A DNA stretch of 64,000 nucleotides, from assembly GCA_000092065.1 (NCBI GenBank), contig CP000600.1; one strand, 5' to 3'. Below are positions 55,904 to 64,000 of the stretch, piece by piece. The translations under genes were made by a program, and so were the position numbers. This DNA comes from Ostreococcus lucimarinus. Its lineage: Eukaryota. The notes under the pieces are model-generated. The model searched no databases. It saw nothing but the letters and a program-made list of their open reading frames with translations, and was not told where the DNA came from. Each line of letters begins with the position of its first letter. The stretch's first letter is position 1.

Positions 55904-56068
55904 CGCGTCGTCGCGCCTCGACGCGTCGACGTCCGCGCGCGCGCGTCTGCAGCGCTCGTCCGCACACGTCGACCGCGGGCGCGGCGAAGCGACGCGAGAG
56001 GCGGCGCGAGCGAGCGCTCGAGCGAGGGCGACGTCGTCAGTCGTCGAATTCTGACGCTCGACCGCGCG

Positions 56069-59000
56069 ATGACGACCGCGAGCCTCGCGTCGCCGCGCGA
56101 CGTCGCGGAGGAGGAGGACCGACGGGACCAACGACCATCGGCGACGAAACGAAGCGATGACGCGGCGTCTACGAGCGAGAACGACGTGCCTGAAGAATAC
56201 GCTGAGAACGCGAGTGCGGTGATACGCGAAACGCTCGATGGCTTCCTCGAGTACGTCGAGACGTGGGCGCAGAAGACGAGGGAGACCGCAGACAACTTGG
56301 GGGAGGAGGGTGTTTCAAATCGCGGGCCGCGCGCGAGCGGGAACGGGGCGAAGGATGCGATCGTCCTGAACGGCGATCCGCGCGAAAATATACGGATTGA
56401 AGATCTCGTCACGTGCGAAAATGCGCTGTTGAGCAAGACGACGATGATTTTAGCGCATTTAGGCGGCGAAGTCGAGCGGTTGAGCGCCGTGGCAGACGAA
56501 ACAATTTATCCGATGCTTACGACTTTCGGCGAGAGAGCGAATGATGCGGACGTGATGTCCGATGCAGAGTTACGAGATGCATTCGTTGGGAAATTAGAGC
56601 CGCTTCAAGACGCACTGTTATTCATGGATCAAGTCAGAGCGGTCGTGTGTAACTTGTTCACGCAACTCACGGTGGTGTATTCGACGTTCGCGGCATACAC
56701 GCCGTATCAAACTGTGCGTTTGGCGTGGTCATTCGATATGCTCGGTCGTGCACTAGCAATTGGAGTCGGAATTGATGAGGTGGTTAGGAACAATAGGGCG
56801 TTGCGGTCGGCGCTGATGAATTTCAAACGCGTGGTGCTGCTCCTTCGAGCCAATCCCGAGCAGTTCGGCATGAACGAAGTCGACGTCGTGAGCTTGGATT
56901 CGGCGGTTGCGATCATCGAAAATCAATTGCTCTCATCTTCATTCTTTGCCTCAGTGCTCACACAGCTCACAGAAACCGAACAACCTGATCGATTTATCAA
57001 GGAGCTCGCCGGCACAACTCTCGAGCTTCTCGAAAGCACGACGGCTCGATTGAATACCGACTCGGAGCGGTTGAACGATAAACGCACACTGCTGTCGTGT
57101 CTTTGCTTGACTATGCTTCATTCAGGATTAGTTCCCGATATAGCCGATAGAAAACTCTGCATGAAGGCGTGGGAAGTCTACAAGGTGTGCGTGCTGGTGT
57201 CGGTGACGACGACGGTTTCAGTGTGTCCAGGGGCAATACTAGAAGCGCATCTATCTCCAGCCGCACGAGAGTGCTTTCCTGATAATGGTTTAGAATCAGT
57301 GATCTCGTTTCGTCGAGAGACGCTCGAGACTCTGGATGAGACTTTCCCTGCGAAGCTCCTCGATTTGTTGTCGGCTTCAGTCGCCTGGCTCACCAAGTTT
57401 ACGGCGACACCAAACGTCTCGCATAGCTTATCGAGCACAATGAACGCTCGCACGAGTTTGTTTCAGGAGGGTATGAGACTGGTAAATCGACTGCGCCACT
57501 ATACTCAGGAGATCATACACCTCCACGTGTCTCTGGAGGCCCCGGTCACGAAGCGGCGGGTGCGACTCATCGCTCGCGCCGTGGAAATGTTGCAAGCCAT
57601 GTGCGAAGCTTTCACTCAAAATCTCAATTTGAGTTTGGAAGTGCAGCACGTGCTGAAATTTCTAGCAGATAGAATACATCGCATGATGGTACGTTTGAAA
57701 CGCTTCTGAGATCGATCGGCTCACATCTGACCTTTTCACGCAGGTTCCTACTCGGGAATTATTAGAAAACAAAATTTCGACGACGACGACGTCGAGTGGA
57801 TGGGAACGCTTAAAGGCTCAAATTTCGTCGGGAAAAGCCGAAAACAATAAACAGGACACCCTCGCGACGGTCAATATCGCAGGTAAGCTTTTCATTCTCC
57901 GTCTAGATGACGTACAAATTAAATTAATTATTTCATTTATTTAGTGCATGTTTTGTCTGGGCCGGCGACTCGAAAAAGGATGCATGTTCTTCGAATCTGC
58001 CTCGATGCGATCCGTGGAGCGAGTCTTCTCAGTGATGAAGATGTCGTGCTCGCATCTGAGTTCGTGGAACTCGTAGAAGTGCTCTCCACGTACCGCAAAA
58101 GCGTTCAAGATCAATGTGATACTTCCTTTTTATTTTTCACGAGGGAATTATTTCCGGTGTGTTTGGCTGATATTTACGTCAAGCCGAACGAATCTGGACG
58201 TCTTACTTTGCTTGTGAGTGCGTTTCGCAATTGTGAAACGTTATTAATGCGTGCTGGAGCGAGCGATAGCGAAGTGGCGACGTTTGACAATTATATTCGA
58301 ACGTCACTGGAGCGAGAAATAATTCAACCGCTTTGTCGAGATATTGAGACAGATTTGAGGTTGCATCTTCATTCTGCGCGCATAGCAGGCGTCATGAACA
58401 CGAATCCGTTCAAGGATGGCGTTCGAGACTTGTCGTTGTTCACGAATCTGCCGCCAATCTACACGTTGAAGCACCAGGTGCGAATATTATTTATTTAATT
58501 AATTGTGGCGAATTTGAAACTGACCGGATTTCGTCCTCGTCGTTGACAGATCGACATTCGTAATCGCGTCGAAGGTTATTTAAATCAGACCTTCCACAAT
58601 CACACGGCGATTGCTCTTCATAACTGGAAGGTGAGTGATAAAATAATTAATTTGTCCTACTTCGCAACCGAGCGAGCTGCCTTTTACGAAAACGACGACT
58701 AACGATCTATTCGCGCGCAGTCTTACGTGGAAATGAGAAATCTTGCGATAGAAAAGTACGGCTTACGCTGCGCCGAGATTGAGCTTCCGAGCCAGACGCT
58801 CGAACAAGGCTTGGATGTGTTGGAGCTGATGCGCAATATCCACGTCTTCGTGTCGAGGTACAACTACAACTTGAACACACAGTGCTTTGTCGAGAAGGCG
58901 AGCGCGGCGCTCGATCGCAAGCATCTGAACACCATAAGTATTCGGCATGTCGCCAACTCTATCAGAACGCACGGAACGGGCATCACGCACACGACCATCA

Positions 59001-59965
59001 ACTTTGCCTATCAGTACCTGGCGCAAAGATTTCAGATTTTCAACCAGTTTCTCTTTGACGACCACATCAGAAGTCAACTCATGAAAGAAGCTCGAATGGT
59101 GCACGCCGAGACAAAGGCTAAGAGTGATACTATCAAGTTAAGCTCAAAGCAAGCAGGATATCGCGCATCGACTGTGGACGAAAAGTTTGAGTACCCAGTC
59201 GAACGCGCCCTTCGAGTGATGCGCGACATTCGAAAGCTCGGTTTATCGAAGGACGGCTCTTCGTTCATCGACGAGTTCCGTGTGTTAGTGACTGAAATCG
59301 GTAATGCGCTCGGTTTTGTTCGCATGGTTCGTCTCGGTGCGATGCACTACAGCACCAACGCCGCCAAGTTTGTACCGAGTGCGCGCGGGTCGAAGTTCGC
59401 CCTCGATGAGAGCCTCGACGCCGACGGTTTGTCCGAGTGGACAAAGACGGCACTGAAAAATCTGCAGAGTGAATTAAAAGCCTTAAGCACAGGCGGTACC
59501 GATGGTACTGACTATTTTCAAGTCCTCGTATCGGTTTTTTCGACCGAGCTTCGAAAGGGTCACGAACACCTAAAAGACTTTTACTTGGTGCTTCCAGCGC
59601 TCACGATGAGCGCCGCTGAAACCATCCTGGCTTCAAAAGACAAGCTCGTGCGACGTGGTAAAGATTCACAGACCGCCACTTTCACCGATGATGGTTTAGC
59701 ACTTGGGATCGTGTACCTGCTGAGCGTCCTCGATCAACACGAAGCCTTCGATGCGCTGCATTGGTTTGAGTCCGCCTCGCACCACTTCGAAGCGGAGGAG
59801 AAGCGCGCAAACGAGGAAACCGGTGGCACTTTCGGCATTTTAGGTCGTAGCATCGACGAAAAGACCAAGCTTCAGGTCAAGTTGGATAAGATTGACGCGT
59901 TAAGGCGCGAGTTTGTACACTTGAAGCATTCACTCGTCGGCGCGCGAAGCTTTGTGAATTTGTAA
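56069..59965 (+). CDS. WASHC4: WASH complex subunit SWIP (WASHC4 / WASH-7), about 1205 aa, 5 exons: 56069..57688, 57744..57882, 57945..58477, 58550..58630, 58721..59965
   Basis: Collinear with human SWIP from LDGFLEYVETWAQKTRETADNL (human [21 protein letters not shown]). The match runs through DQCDTSFLFFTRELFPVCLADIY, LCRDIETDLRLHLHS, IDIRNRVEGYLNQTF and SQTLEQGLDVLELMRNIHVFVSRYNYNLNTQCFVE...LNTISIRHVANSIRTHGTGI. It ends at FTDDGLALGIVYLLSVLDQHEAFDALHWF. The exons are three large track ORFs plus two small exons, all joined in phase. Confidence 0.88.
57689..57743 (+). other. SWIP intron 1 (55 nt)
   Basis: ATGATG|GTACGT donor, caTCTGACc branch 13 nt upstream of the TTTTCACGCAG acceptor, phase 0. 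Confidence 0.8.
57883..57944 (+). other. SWIP intron 2 (62 nt), AT-rich
   Basis: GCAG|GTAAGC donor and TTTATTTAG acceptor, phase 1. The body contains AAATTAAATTAATTATTT. Confidence 0.8.
58478..58549 (+). other. SWIP intron 3 (72 nt)
   Basis: CAG|GTGCGA donor, aaACTGACcgg branch 24 nt upstream of the TTGACAG acceptor, phase 0. The body contains TTATTTATTTAATTAATT. Confidence 0.8.
58631..58720 (+). other. SWIP intron 4 (90 nt)
   Basis: AAG|GTGAGT donor, cgACTAACga branch 18 nt upstream of the GCGCGCAG acceptor, phase 0. The body contains AAAATAATTAATTTG. Confidence 0.8.
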
Positions 59966-60124
59966 TTGTAGACGCCTCGCCGCACTCAGCCACAGACGCT
60001 GTGAAAACCTCAGCTTTTCATCGTCATCTTCCAAACGTCATCGTCCGCCACATCACAGTCGCGCGCGCGTCGTCGTCGTAAAGTAAGTGATACTCTGCTC
60101 CAATACAACATCGCACGCCTCGTC

Positions 60125-61555
60125 ATGTCGTGCCAAGCGATGTTAAACACGCCCGCGCTCGCGCCGGCGGTGACATCCGTCGCCCACCGTCGCCCTAGCC
60201 GCCGAGGTGCTCGCGCGTTGACGCGCGCCAACGCCGGTGGTGCCATGGAGCAGCTCACGTTGAAGCCGATGAAGAAAATTGAAGGCACGGTTCGATTGCC
60301 GGGGTCTAAGTCGCTGTCAAACCGCATTCTGCTCCTCGCGGCGCTCGCAGAAGGAACGACCAAGGTGGAAAACTTGTTGGATAGCGACGACATTCGTTAC
60401 ATGGTTGACGCGCTTAAAGTTCTGGGGCTGTCCTTCACGGAAGACAGAGAGAACAACATTTTGGAAATCACCGGTTGTGGGGGTAAGCTCCCGGTCGAGG
60501 GCGCGGAGTTGTTCCTCGGTAACGCCGGGACGGCGATGCGACCGCTCACCGCCGCCGTGGCTGCGGCGGGTAAAGGCACGTTCATCCTCGATGGTGTCGA
60601 GCGTATGCGTGAAAGACCAATTCAAGATCTTGTTGATGGTTTGGTTCAGCTTGGTGTCAAGGCGGAGTGCACGATGGGTACGGGTTGCCCGCCGGTGAAG
60701 GTTGAGGCGAACGGCTTGCCTGGCGGTCGCGTCGAGCTCAGCGGTTCCGTGAGCTCGCAATACCTCACCGCGCTCCTCATGGCGGCCCCACTTTGCGAAG
60801 GGTCGATTGAAATCGTAATTGTCGATGAGCTCATCTCCAAACCGTACGTTGAGATGACTATCACACTCATGGAACGCTTCGGTGTCAAGGTAGAAAAGGC
60901 GGACGACCTCCAGAGCTTTAAGATTCAAGGCGGACAAAAGTACATCTCCCCGGGCAGTGCATTTGTTGAAGGCGATGCTTCGTCCGCTTCCTACTTCCTC
61001 GCCGGTGCCACCATCACCGGTGGTACCGTCACTGTCATCGGTTGCGGTTCGGAGAGCATCCAAGGCGACACAAACTTTGCGTACACGATGGAGCAAATGG
61101 GCGCGACGCTCGAGTGGGGTCCGAACTCGGTCACCTGCACCGGTCCCAAGGGCCCGCTCAAGGCGATTGATGTGAACATGAACGCCATGCCCGACGCTGC
61201 GATGACTCTTGCCGTCGCTGCACTCTTCGCTGACGGCATCACTACCATTCGTGATGTCGCGAGCTGGCGCGTGAAGGAAACCGAGCGCATGATTGCGATT
61301 TGCACCGAGCTGCGCAAGCTCGGTTGCGACGTCTTCGAAGGCGCGGATTACTGCGTCATCACCCCTCCTCACAAGCTCGACCCCCCGGCCAAGATGAAGG
61401 CCAACGTTGACATCGATACCTACGACGATCACCGCATGGCCATGGCTTTCGCCTTGGCCGCGTGCGGCGACGTCGACGTCGTCATCAACGACCCGAAGTG
61501 CACGAAGAAGACTTTCCCGACGTACTTTGACGTCCTCAAGTCCGTCGCCAAGTGA
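60125..61555 (+). CDS. aroA: 3-phosphoshikimate 1-carboxyvinyltransferase (EPSP synthase) with chloroplast transit peptide
   Basis: [72 protein letters not shown] and [12 protein letters not shown]. Confidence 0.95.
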   Translation: MSCQAMLNTPALAPAVTSVAHRRPSRRGARALTRANAGGAMEQLTLKPMKKIEGTVRLPGSKSLSNRILLLAALAEGTTKVENLLDSDDIRYMVDALKVLGLSFTEDRENNILEITGCGGKLPVEGAELFLGNAGTAMRPLTAAVAAAGKGTFILDGVERMRERPIQDLVDGLVQLGVKAECTMGTGCPPVKVEANGLPGGRVELSGSVSSQYLTALLMAAPLCEGSIEIVIVDELISKPYVEMTITLMERFGVKVEKADDLQSFKIQGGQKYISPGSAFVEGDASSASYFLAGATITGGTVTVIGCGSESIQGDTNFAYTMEQMGATLEWGPNSVTCTGPKGPLKAIDVNMNAMPDAAMTLAVAALFADGITTIRDVASWRVKETERMIAICTELRKLGCDVFEGADYCVITPPHKLDPPAKMKANVDIDTYDDHRMAMAFALAACGDVDVVINDPKCTKKTFPTYFDVLKSVAK

Positions 61556-61663
61556 GCGTCGCGCGCATCTTCGACGTATTAGCTATTATAGAATTGGTGC
61601 AAGCTATCGTATATGAATCATTGGATAAATTTGTCTACCGTCCCCTCTCGCGAGTCGCGAAAC

Positions 61664-61951
61664 CTACTGCGGCGGCCCGCCCATTTGTTGCATCGATTGC
61701 GCGTTTAATTCCGCGAACCGCACCGACGTTCGCGCCGAGTGCTTCAGGAACTTTTCGCAGCACTTCGACACGCATCGCTCTTCGTCCTTCTCCAGCGTTT
61801 TCCTCCGAAACGACTGCACGCACGTCGAGAAGCACCGCTCCACCAAGTTGTTATACATCTTCAGGCTGTCTCGCGTCTGCATCGCTTCGATCATGCCCAT
61901 CATCTTCGCCTTGTCTTCCTCCGGGAACCCATCGAGCATGGCTGGGTCCAT
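61664..61951 (-). CDS. TIM9: mitochondrial import inner membrane translocase subunit Tim9 (small Tim, twin CX3C)
   Basis: FPEEDKAKMMGMIEAMQTRDSLKMYNNLVERCFSTCVQSF...EERCVSKCCEKFLKHSARTSVRFAE. It is near-collinear with plant TIM9, and the twin Cys-x3-Cys motifs are present. Confidence 0.9.
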   Translation of the reverse strand: MDPAMLDGFPEEDKAKMMGMIEAMQTRDSLKMYNNLVERCFSTCVQSFRRKTLEKDEERCVSKCCEKFLKHSARTSVRFAELNAQSMQQMGGPPQ

Positions 61952-62412
61952 GGCGACCTCGGTTTCGCTCGAGTCCGTCGCCGCGTCGCTCGGCGGCGTC
62001 TGCGGTGCCGCCGTCGCGGGCCGCCTTTCGACCCCGACCTAGGGTTCGGGCGCGCCCTCGATCGCGCGCGAAATCCGAGGCGCGGGCGTCCGAATGTGCC
62101 GGGGCGGGCGGGGCGGGTGTCCGAATGTCCGAATTGCGCGCACGTCCGCACTGTTTGCGCACACGATACAGACGTCCGCGCGCGCGTGTGATCTTTCGCG
62201 CCGACGTCACGCGCGTCGAGAGGGCGCGCGCTCGGACGCGTCGCGCGCGAGCGGGGACGGGGCACAGCGCGACGCGACGGCGAGGAACGACGCGAAAGAT
62301 TGAGTCGCATCACCGCGCGCGCCGGGCGAGGACGACGCGCGCGAACGACGGCGAGAAGACGCGCGGAAGACGAGGGCGAAAGAGCGAGGGCGAAGGGCTC
62401 GGTGGGGGGAGT

Positions 62413-63528
62413 ATGAAGACGCGGGGACGGACGACGCGGGCGCGGTCGGAGGACGCGGGGGAAGAAAACGAGGGCGCGCGAGATGGAGACGCGGGGAAGG
62501 CGCCCGAGGGAGCGACGGAGGAAGCGGCGGTGCCGAATGATGATTTTCTGTGCCTGTTCGACGAGAGCGCGCGAGAAGAGCCGGCGACGCTGAACGGGGC
62601 GTGGGAGGACGTGTTCGCGCAGCATCATCACGCGAACGCACCGCAAGGCGGTGTGGAAGGAGGGTTTCATCAAGGCAGTGAAGACGCGGGTGAACACTTT
62701 CCACAATCTGGATACGTGGACACGGTGCAGTACAAGCTTCCGACGACGCGCCCAGGGGTGGCGTCGACGTCGAGAGGGCGCGTGACAAAATCGCGCAGCG
62801 GCACTAGAACGTCAGGTTCGAGGAAGCCAAAGCCGATATCTCAATCTTTACCACCACGCCCGCAAGCGATGATGGCTCCGCTACCTCAGCCGATGTCACC
62901 GATGATGTACCGTTCGCCGGGGGGCAAGCCGAGGTCTTCGAGGTACAACGGCGTGTGCCGCCACGCCAAGTCTGGGCGTTACGAGGCGCACGTCTGGTTG
63001 AGAGAGTCACGACGGCAAGTTTACCTAGGTGGACACCTGGAGGAAGAGTTTGCCGCCGAGGCTTTTGATATCATTGTGTTGAAGCTCGCACGCATCGGCG
63101 ATCGCTCTCGAACAGGAACGCGTCCGCTTAAAATGAACTTTCCCGAGTCTCGTTACGCAAACTTGATCGGTTTCATTGATTCTCTTACGCTCGATGAACT
63201 GATCATGGAGGTTCGCCGACATTCCGAAGGTTTTGCGAGGGGTAATTCGGGATACAGAGGGGTCACGCAACACTCGCCTAAGAAGTTTGAGGCGAGAGTC
63301 GGAGTGCCCCCGCAAAGCAAACACGTGTACTTGGGGCTCTACGATTCTGCCGAGAAAGCTGCGGTGGCGTACGACACCGCTCTCGTTCAAGCGAGGGGAC
63401 GGAGAGCTTCGACGAACTTTCCAATTTACAACTACGACGAGCACATTCGCCAATACGAAGAAGCAGTGGCGAGGAATCCGGCGCTCGAGCAACACGAGCA
63501 CGGGCAGTACGAAGATTTACAACGATGA
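62413..63528 (+). CDS. AP2-family transcription factor with two AP2/ERF domains (ANT/AP2-like)
   Basis: From the ATG at 62413. Domain 1 is SSRYNGVCRHAKSGRYEAHVW...QVYLGGHLEEEFAAEAFD...NFP. The linker is LTLDELIMEVRRHSEGFARGNS. Domain 2 is GYRGVTQHSPKKFEARVG...HVYLGLYDSAEKAAVAYDTALVQARGRRASTNF. Confidence 0.85.
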   Translation: MKTRGRTTRARSEDAGEENEGARDGDAGKAPEGATEEAAVPNDDFLCLFDESAREEPATLNGAWEDVFAQHHHANAPQGGVEGGFHQGSEDAGEHFPQSGYVDTVQYKLPTTRPGVASTSRGRVTKSRSGTRTSGSRKPKPISQSLPPRPQAMMAPLPQPMSPMMYRSPGGKPRSSRYNGVCRHAKSGRYEAHVWLRESRRQVYLGGHLEEEFAAEAFDIIVLKLARIGDRSRTGTRPLKMNFPESRYANLIGFIDSLTLDELIMEVRRHSEGFARGNSGYRGVTQHSPKKFEARVGVPPQSKHVYLGLYDSAEKAAVAYDTALVQARGRRASTNFPIYNYDEHIRQYEEAVARNPALEQHEHGQYEDLQR

Positions 63529-63619
63529 AACGACCACGAACGACGACCACGATGATGTGACTTTTGAACCAAATGAAATGTAAAACATGTACAAAACGCA
63601 CGCAAATAAATAAGCTATC

Positions 63620-64000
63620 CTACTTCATCGTAAACTCGTCGCCCTCTTCAAGCGCGGGCCAGAGCTCGAGCGGCCCGGCGTCGAAAGCTTTTCCGACATC
63701 GTCGCCCTCACCCCAACGCACTTTTTGCACCAAAACTCGAACGCCCTTGCGCTGAGCCCGCGATAAATGTTTTGCGAACGATGGGCACGCCGCACCGTTA
63801 GGACGCATACCCATTGCGTCTGCTCTACTACAAATAAAAAGCACCGCCGGGTGGACGTCGGGACTCTTGGACGCGAGTTCGCTGAGCTCGCGCAAGTGCT
63901 CGATCGCCCTGGCGCTCACCACTTTTTCACCATCCGGGCCTTTCTGACCTCGTTTTCCCCATGGAAATATTCCCGCGCGCGCGTATGGCTCACCTTTCTT
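63620..64000 (-). CDS. sfsA: SfsA-family (sugar fermentation stimulation protein A-like nuclease fold) protein, 5'-partial
   Basis: The frame is open to the window edge. Sequence reads ...GIFPWGKRGQKGPDGEKVVSARAIEHLRELSELA...AVLFICSRADAMGMRPNGAACPSFAKHLSRAQRKGVRVLVQKV, following the SfsA C-terminal pattern (FPDaxTxRGxKHLxEL ... vlFxvqRxD ... GVev). Confidence 0.65.
   Translation of the reverse strand, partial: KKGEPYARAGIFPWGKRGQKGPDGEKVVSARAIEHLRELSELASKSPDVHPAVLFICSRADAMGMRPNGAACPSFAKHLSRAQRKGVRVLVQKVRWGEGDDVGKAFDAGPLELWPALEEGDEFTMK

Noticed and set aside
60010-60393. 127-aa minus-strand ORF between SWIP and EPSPS
   Set aside because: It overlaps the EPSPS transit-peptide region antisense and would leave no promoter for EPSPS. 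Its composition is typical of antisense GC-rich sequence.
1-64000. Prokaryotic interpretation (operons, RBS, Rho-independent terminators) and mobile elements
   Set aside because: - Genes alternate strands with no operon-like functional runs.
- Several genes require GT-AG introns.
- The products are eukaryote-specific (GINS, TFIIF, MAD2, transportin, WASH, Tim9, NUP50-like).
- No LTRs, TIRs, transposase, integrase or reverse-transcriptase motifs were seen.
- No tRNA, rRNA or snRNA signatures were recognised by eye, although a covariance-model scan was not possible.

Overview
This window reads as compact, GC-rich nuclear DNA from a picoeukaryotic green alga of the Mamiellophyceae / Ostreococcus type. 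That assignment is an inference from four things: gene density, short spliceosomal introns, plastid-pathway enzymes with transit peptides, and plant-type AP2, RWP-RK and bHLH regulators. I support about 44 protein-coding genes on both strands. They sit head-to-head and tail-to-tail, with spacers of 9 to about 600 bp. I recognised no rRNA, tRNA, CRISPR array or transposon.

Confident calls: transportin-1, Fd-GOGAT, EPSP synthase, PFK, LysRS, ArgC, COX15, MAD2, GINS-PSF1, TFIIF-beta, DDX55/Spb4, NSUN2/Trm4, PNGase, Tim9, bL19, bL31, Met-tRNA formyltransferase, an Ldh_2-family dehydrogenase and WASH-complex subunit SWIP.

The six-frame track hides at least 12 introns. Nine of them carry an ACTGAC branch box 13-40 nt upstream of the acceptor. 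Splicing is needed to reconstruct PSF1, LysRS, an RWP-RK factor, TFIIF-beta, SWIP and the 5' end of Fd-GOGAT.

Most interesting observations:
- a single ORF fusing a TrmK-type tRNA methyltransferase fold to an AlkB dioxygenase
- a CotH-kinase-like protein with an N-terminal hydrophobic anchor
- a small RWP-RK gene whose DNA-binding motif is split by an intron
- a full-length SWIP/WASHC4 homologue in a green-lineage genome
- a recurrent intergenic 16-18-mer, GTCGTATGCGTAAACAGT
- a G-free / pure-pyrimidine tract of about 330 bp between two convergent genes
- an unassigned, lower-GC interval of about 1 kb

Many long Arg/Ala-rich ORFs in the track are codon-aligned antisense artefacts of high GC3 and were rejected. 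All family assignments come from motif recognition by eye. No searches were run.
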